Origin: an uncultured Verrucomicrobiae bacterium
GTDB taxonomy: Bacteria > Verrucomicrobiota > Verrucomicrobiia > Limisphaerales > UBA11358
DNA: 64,000 nt
Assembly: GCA_963827205.1 (NCBI GenBank)
Contig: CAWHAH010000002.1
Coordinates: 57,369-121,368 of the forward strand
Direction: 5' to 3'
Part shown: one piece after another, positions 61,290-64,000 of the stretch
Layout of the letters: each line of letters opens with the position of its first letter
Numbering within the stretch: the stretch's first letter is position 1
Translations under genes and position numbers: made by a program
The notes under the pieces: model-generated
The model's database searches: none
Seen by the model: only the letters and a program-made list of their open reading frames with translations
Told to the model about the DNA's origin: nothing

Positions 61290-61934
61290 TTAAAAATGAA
61301 TGATTCCGCGTTGAATGGCCACCGCAACAGCTTCAGCTCGATCGGCGACACGGAGTTTCGCCAGGATGTTTTTCAGGTACCATTTGACCGTGTTTTCAGA
61401 GATATTCAGAACATCTGCAATTTGCTTATTGGCCAAGCCTTTGACAAGCTCGTTGAGAACTTGCAACTCGCGGGGCGTCAGTTCCTCAAACAAACGTCGT
61501 GACGCAAGGCGTTTTGCAACTTCTTCGGGAATCCAACGCTGTCCGGACGCCACGGCCCGGATGGCGGGCATGAGTTTTTCTTCCGTGGAGTCCTTTAGCA
61601 CATAGCCGGCGGCGCCGGCTTCCAACGCCTTATGAATATCCTCATCTCCGTCAAGGGCTGTCAGCATCAAAATCCGTGCGGCATTGTTGTGTTTGCAAAT
61701 TTCGGCAGTGGCCTCAATGCCACTTTTGACCGGCATGCGCAAGTCCATCAAGGCAAGGTCCGGATTCCATTTTATGAACAGGGCAATTGCCTGAGCTCCA
61801 TCAGTGGCTTCCGCCACAACTTCCATGTCCGGCTCGGTGTTGACCATGGCGATCAACCCCATTCGGACAATATAGTGGTCGTCAGCAACTAGGATCCGAA
61901 TCGGTGACGTTTTTTTCGTAATCGGTCTGTTCAT
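61290..61934 (-). CDS. NarL/LuxR-family response regulator
   Basis: ILVADDH, LMDLRMP, LTPRELQVL...GLANKQIA..L.ISENTVK. Confidence 0.95.
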   Translation of the reverse strand: MNRPITKKTSPIRILVADDHYIVRMGLIAMVNTEPDMEVVAEATDGAQAIALFIKWNPDLALMDLRMPVKSGIEATAEICKHNNAARILMLTALDGDEDIHKALEAGAAGYVLKDSTEEKLMPAIRAVASGQRWIPEEVAKRLASRRLFEELTPRELQVLNELVKGLANKQIADVLNISENTVKWYLKNILAKLRVADRAEAVAVAIQRGIIHF

Positions 61935-64000
61935 TGACGGATCTTGCCATTTGTGCCTGCTCTAGTGGAAGCTCGACACGAATGGTGGTCCCTTTTCCGG
62001 GAGCGCTGGTAATTAAAATTTGTCCACCCAATCGCTTGGCCCGTTCGGACATGCCGAGCAAACCAAAATGGCCGTCGTTTGGGCCGGAGCAATTTTCCGG
62101 TGTAAAACCCTTTCCGTTATCCCGAATGTCCAAAATGACATTTTGGGCGCCAAACTCCAATTCAATCTTCGCCCAATTTGCGCCAGAATGTTTGACCGCG
62201 TTTGTGACGGCCTCTTGACCGATCCGCAATAAATTCTCTTCAATGACTTCAGGCAGAGGATGGATATTGCCTTTGGTTTCAACTTCGACGCGGATACCCG
62301 CGCCGTCGGCAATTCGGTTTCCACTGATTAACAGTGCCTTGGACAAATCAAATTCTTCAAGCTCTCGGCTGCGCAAATCCCAGATGGATCTGCGCAATTC
62401 CACCCGGCTCATGCGCACCATATTCCGGACCAGTCCAAGATGATAGCTGGCAGTTTCCGGATTCTGCTGAAATAACTTTGCGACGGTATTTAACTGTAGA
62501 GTGACCCCGGTCAGCGTTTGTTCAAGGGTGTCATGGAGTTCCTTTGCCAATCGAGTGCGTTCAGTCAGAATGGCCTTGGATTGCACTTCAGCTTCTTTTC
62601 TGGCTGTGATTTGGAATTTTAGTTGTCTGGTTCGCTCTCTGACCCGCAACTCAAGTGTATCGTGAGCTTTTTGCAAGGCCCTTTGATCCAGTTCCCGTTC
62701 ATGGATCAAGTGTCTCAAAGCCAAATTTCTTTTTGAGACCATGATAATCCAGCTTGCGGCAACAATAATGATGACCAATGCTACGGCAAGAATGATTAAT
62801 AAACGTTGAGTGGTCAGCCAAGTCGGTTTGGTAATTATGCTGACATCATATGAAGCCGGTAGTAGTATTCGAAAGGATTCGATTCTTCCATGCTCGTCAC
62901 TTTGAAGAAAACAAATGCCGCCGACCTCGATGATGCTGCCGATAGGGATTGATGCTAATAAAGAATTTGGTTTGACCGTTTCTGCTTCGGCAGTAAAGAC
63001 AAGATTGGTGGTTTGAAGCACCAAGGTGGTTTTTAAAATGTCAGATTCACCGGCTGGCGATGGGATCTCTTCCGCCAGGCGACCAAGCAGTTTGCCTCTG
63101 AGGGTAATAAAGTCTGCATGGTGCAAGCCCTCCAACAATTCCGCTATCGGCACATTCCTTGTCAGCACTTTGGTGCGCGGTTCATCTGTCCTCCGGAAGA
63201 CAGCATCTTCCAACACCGGGAGAAAATTTTCCACCCCAGGAAATCCTACCGCTTCGATCACATCTCCCGGAGATAAAGAGAGCATCTGGCTGCTCTTGAT
63301 TTGTAATCCACCGGTGGCGTCTCTGATAAACACATCTTCGCCTTTTCGCTGGTAGGTGACAACCCCTCCAACATGGACGCGGTAACCGAGCGAACGACCT
63401 CCGTGGTATTGACCAATATTATTAATGGGCGTCAACGGCTCACTAAACGGGTCTGGCACCACCGGTTGCTCAACGACGAAATCTGTTAGAAAAGGAACGT
63501 AAACATCCACGGTTACGAGATGTCTTAATGGCGCATTAAAGGCGGTGGCCGCGGTGCCTTTCACTTGGACCTTGGCGCCAACCAGCGATTGTGGGTCAAC
63601 GCCGGGCGGGATTGGTTCATACGCATGAACACGGTATCCCCCCGAAGCCAATTCCAGTTCAAGTTGCGTGCCGCTTGCTTGCGCGTTTCTCACGATGCCC
63701 GAGATTTCAATCCGTTGACTGTCTTCGGCCCCTGACATCAGTTGTTCGATGGAAACCGGTTTCGCTGCAGGCAGGGGCGCCGTTCCCACTTTTTCCCAAC
63801 GGGGCTGGCTGACAGTAGGAGCGTAGCCTCCCGGAAAACTTATGCCGGTTACGGTTACTACATCGCCAGGAGAAGGCTGTACGTTGCTGATATTCTCGAC
63901 AAAAACGCCGCCACTGGAATCCTGCACGAAAAATCTTCCGCCCCAGTCGGGTTCTGCGGCGGTGACAACGCCCTTGATTGTAATTTTAATTCCACGCGAT
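61882..64000 (-). CDS. Sensor histidine kinase (HisKA_3 type), 5' end outside the window
   Basis: ERTRLAKELHDTLEQ, QEAVTNAVKH, DNGKGF, GLLGMSER; TM helix; repeated extracytoplasmic domains. Confidence 0.92.
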   Translation of the reverse strand, partial: SRGIKITIKGVVTAAEPDWGGRFFVQDSSGGVFVENISNVQPSPGDVVTVTGISFPGGYAPTVSQPRWEKVGTAPLPAAKPVSIEQLMSGAEDSQRIEISGIVRNAQASGTQLELELASGGYRVHAYEPIPPGVDPQSLVGAKVQVKGTAATAFNAPLRHLVTVDVYVPFLTDFVVEQPVVPDPFSEPLTPINNIGQYHGGRSLGYRVHVGGVVTYQRKGEDVFIRDATGGLQIKSSQMLSLSPGDVIEAVGFPGVENFLPVLEDAVFRRTDEPRTKVLTRNVPIAELLEGLHHADFITLRGKLLGRLAEEIPSPAGESDILKTTLVLQTTNLVFTAEAETVKPNSLLASIPIGSIIEVGGICFLQSDEHGRIESFRILLPASYDVSIITKPTWLTTQRLLIILAVALVIIIVAASWIIMVSKRNLALRHLIHERELDQRALQKAHDTLELRVRERTRQLKFQITARKEAEVQSKAILTERTRLAKELHDTLEQTLTGVTLQLNTVAKLFQQNPETASYHLGLVRNMVRMSRVELRRSIWDLRSRELEEFDLSKALLISGNRIADGAGIRVEVETKGNIHPLPEVIEENLLRIGQEAVTNAVKHSGANWAKIELEFGAQNVILDIRDNGKGFTPENCSGPNDGHFGLLGMSERAKRLGGQILITSAPGKGTTIRVELPLEQAQMARSVNEQTDYEKNVTDSDPSC

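Overview
High-GC bacterial chromosome segment. Gene content and style suggest Verrucomicrobiota (inference). It holds a minus-strand nuoB-M complex I operon interrupted by an AT-rich PD-(D/E)XK-like gene and an antisense tRNA-Gln. Other content: a tandem thymidylate-kinase-like pair, an ECF sigma cluster, housekeeping genes (pta-like, hisC, nadC, birA, coaX, leuS, metK, ahcY, rdgB, suhB, valS, cimA, trpB2), a MacAB-like exporter, an IS1380 element, five intact tRNA genes and a two-component system. The most unusual locus is 19097-19820. There a promoter precedes three 93-bp tRNA-Lys-derived units, an intact tRNA-Lys(UUU), a minimal GIY-YIG nuclease gene and a further tRNA-Lys copy. In every derived copy the anticodon arm is precisely replaced by an 18-bp palindrome (CCCCGAAAGTTTTCGGGG or a 2-mismatch variant). 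Several families of small palindromic or short-period repeats also fill intergenic gaps and sit in-frame inside leuS, valS, rdgB and suhB. Frameshifts in nuoL, nuoD and valS are probably sequencing indels. Coordinates were read by hand; no database searches were run.
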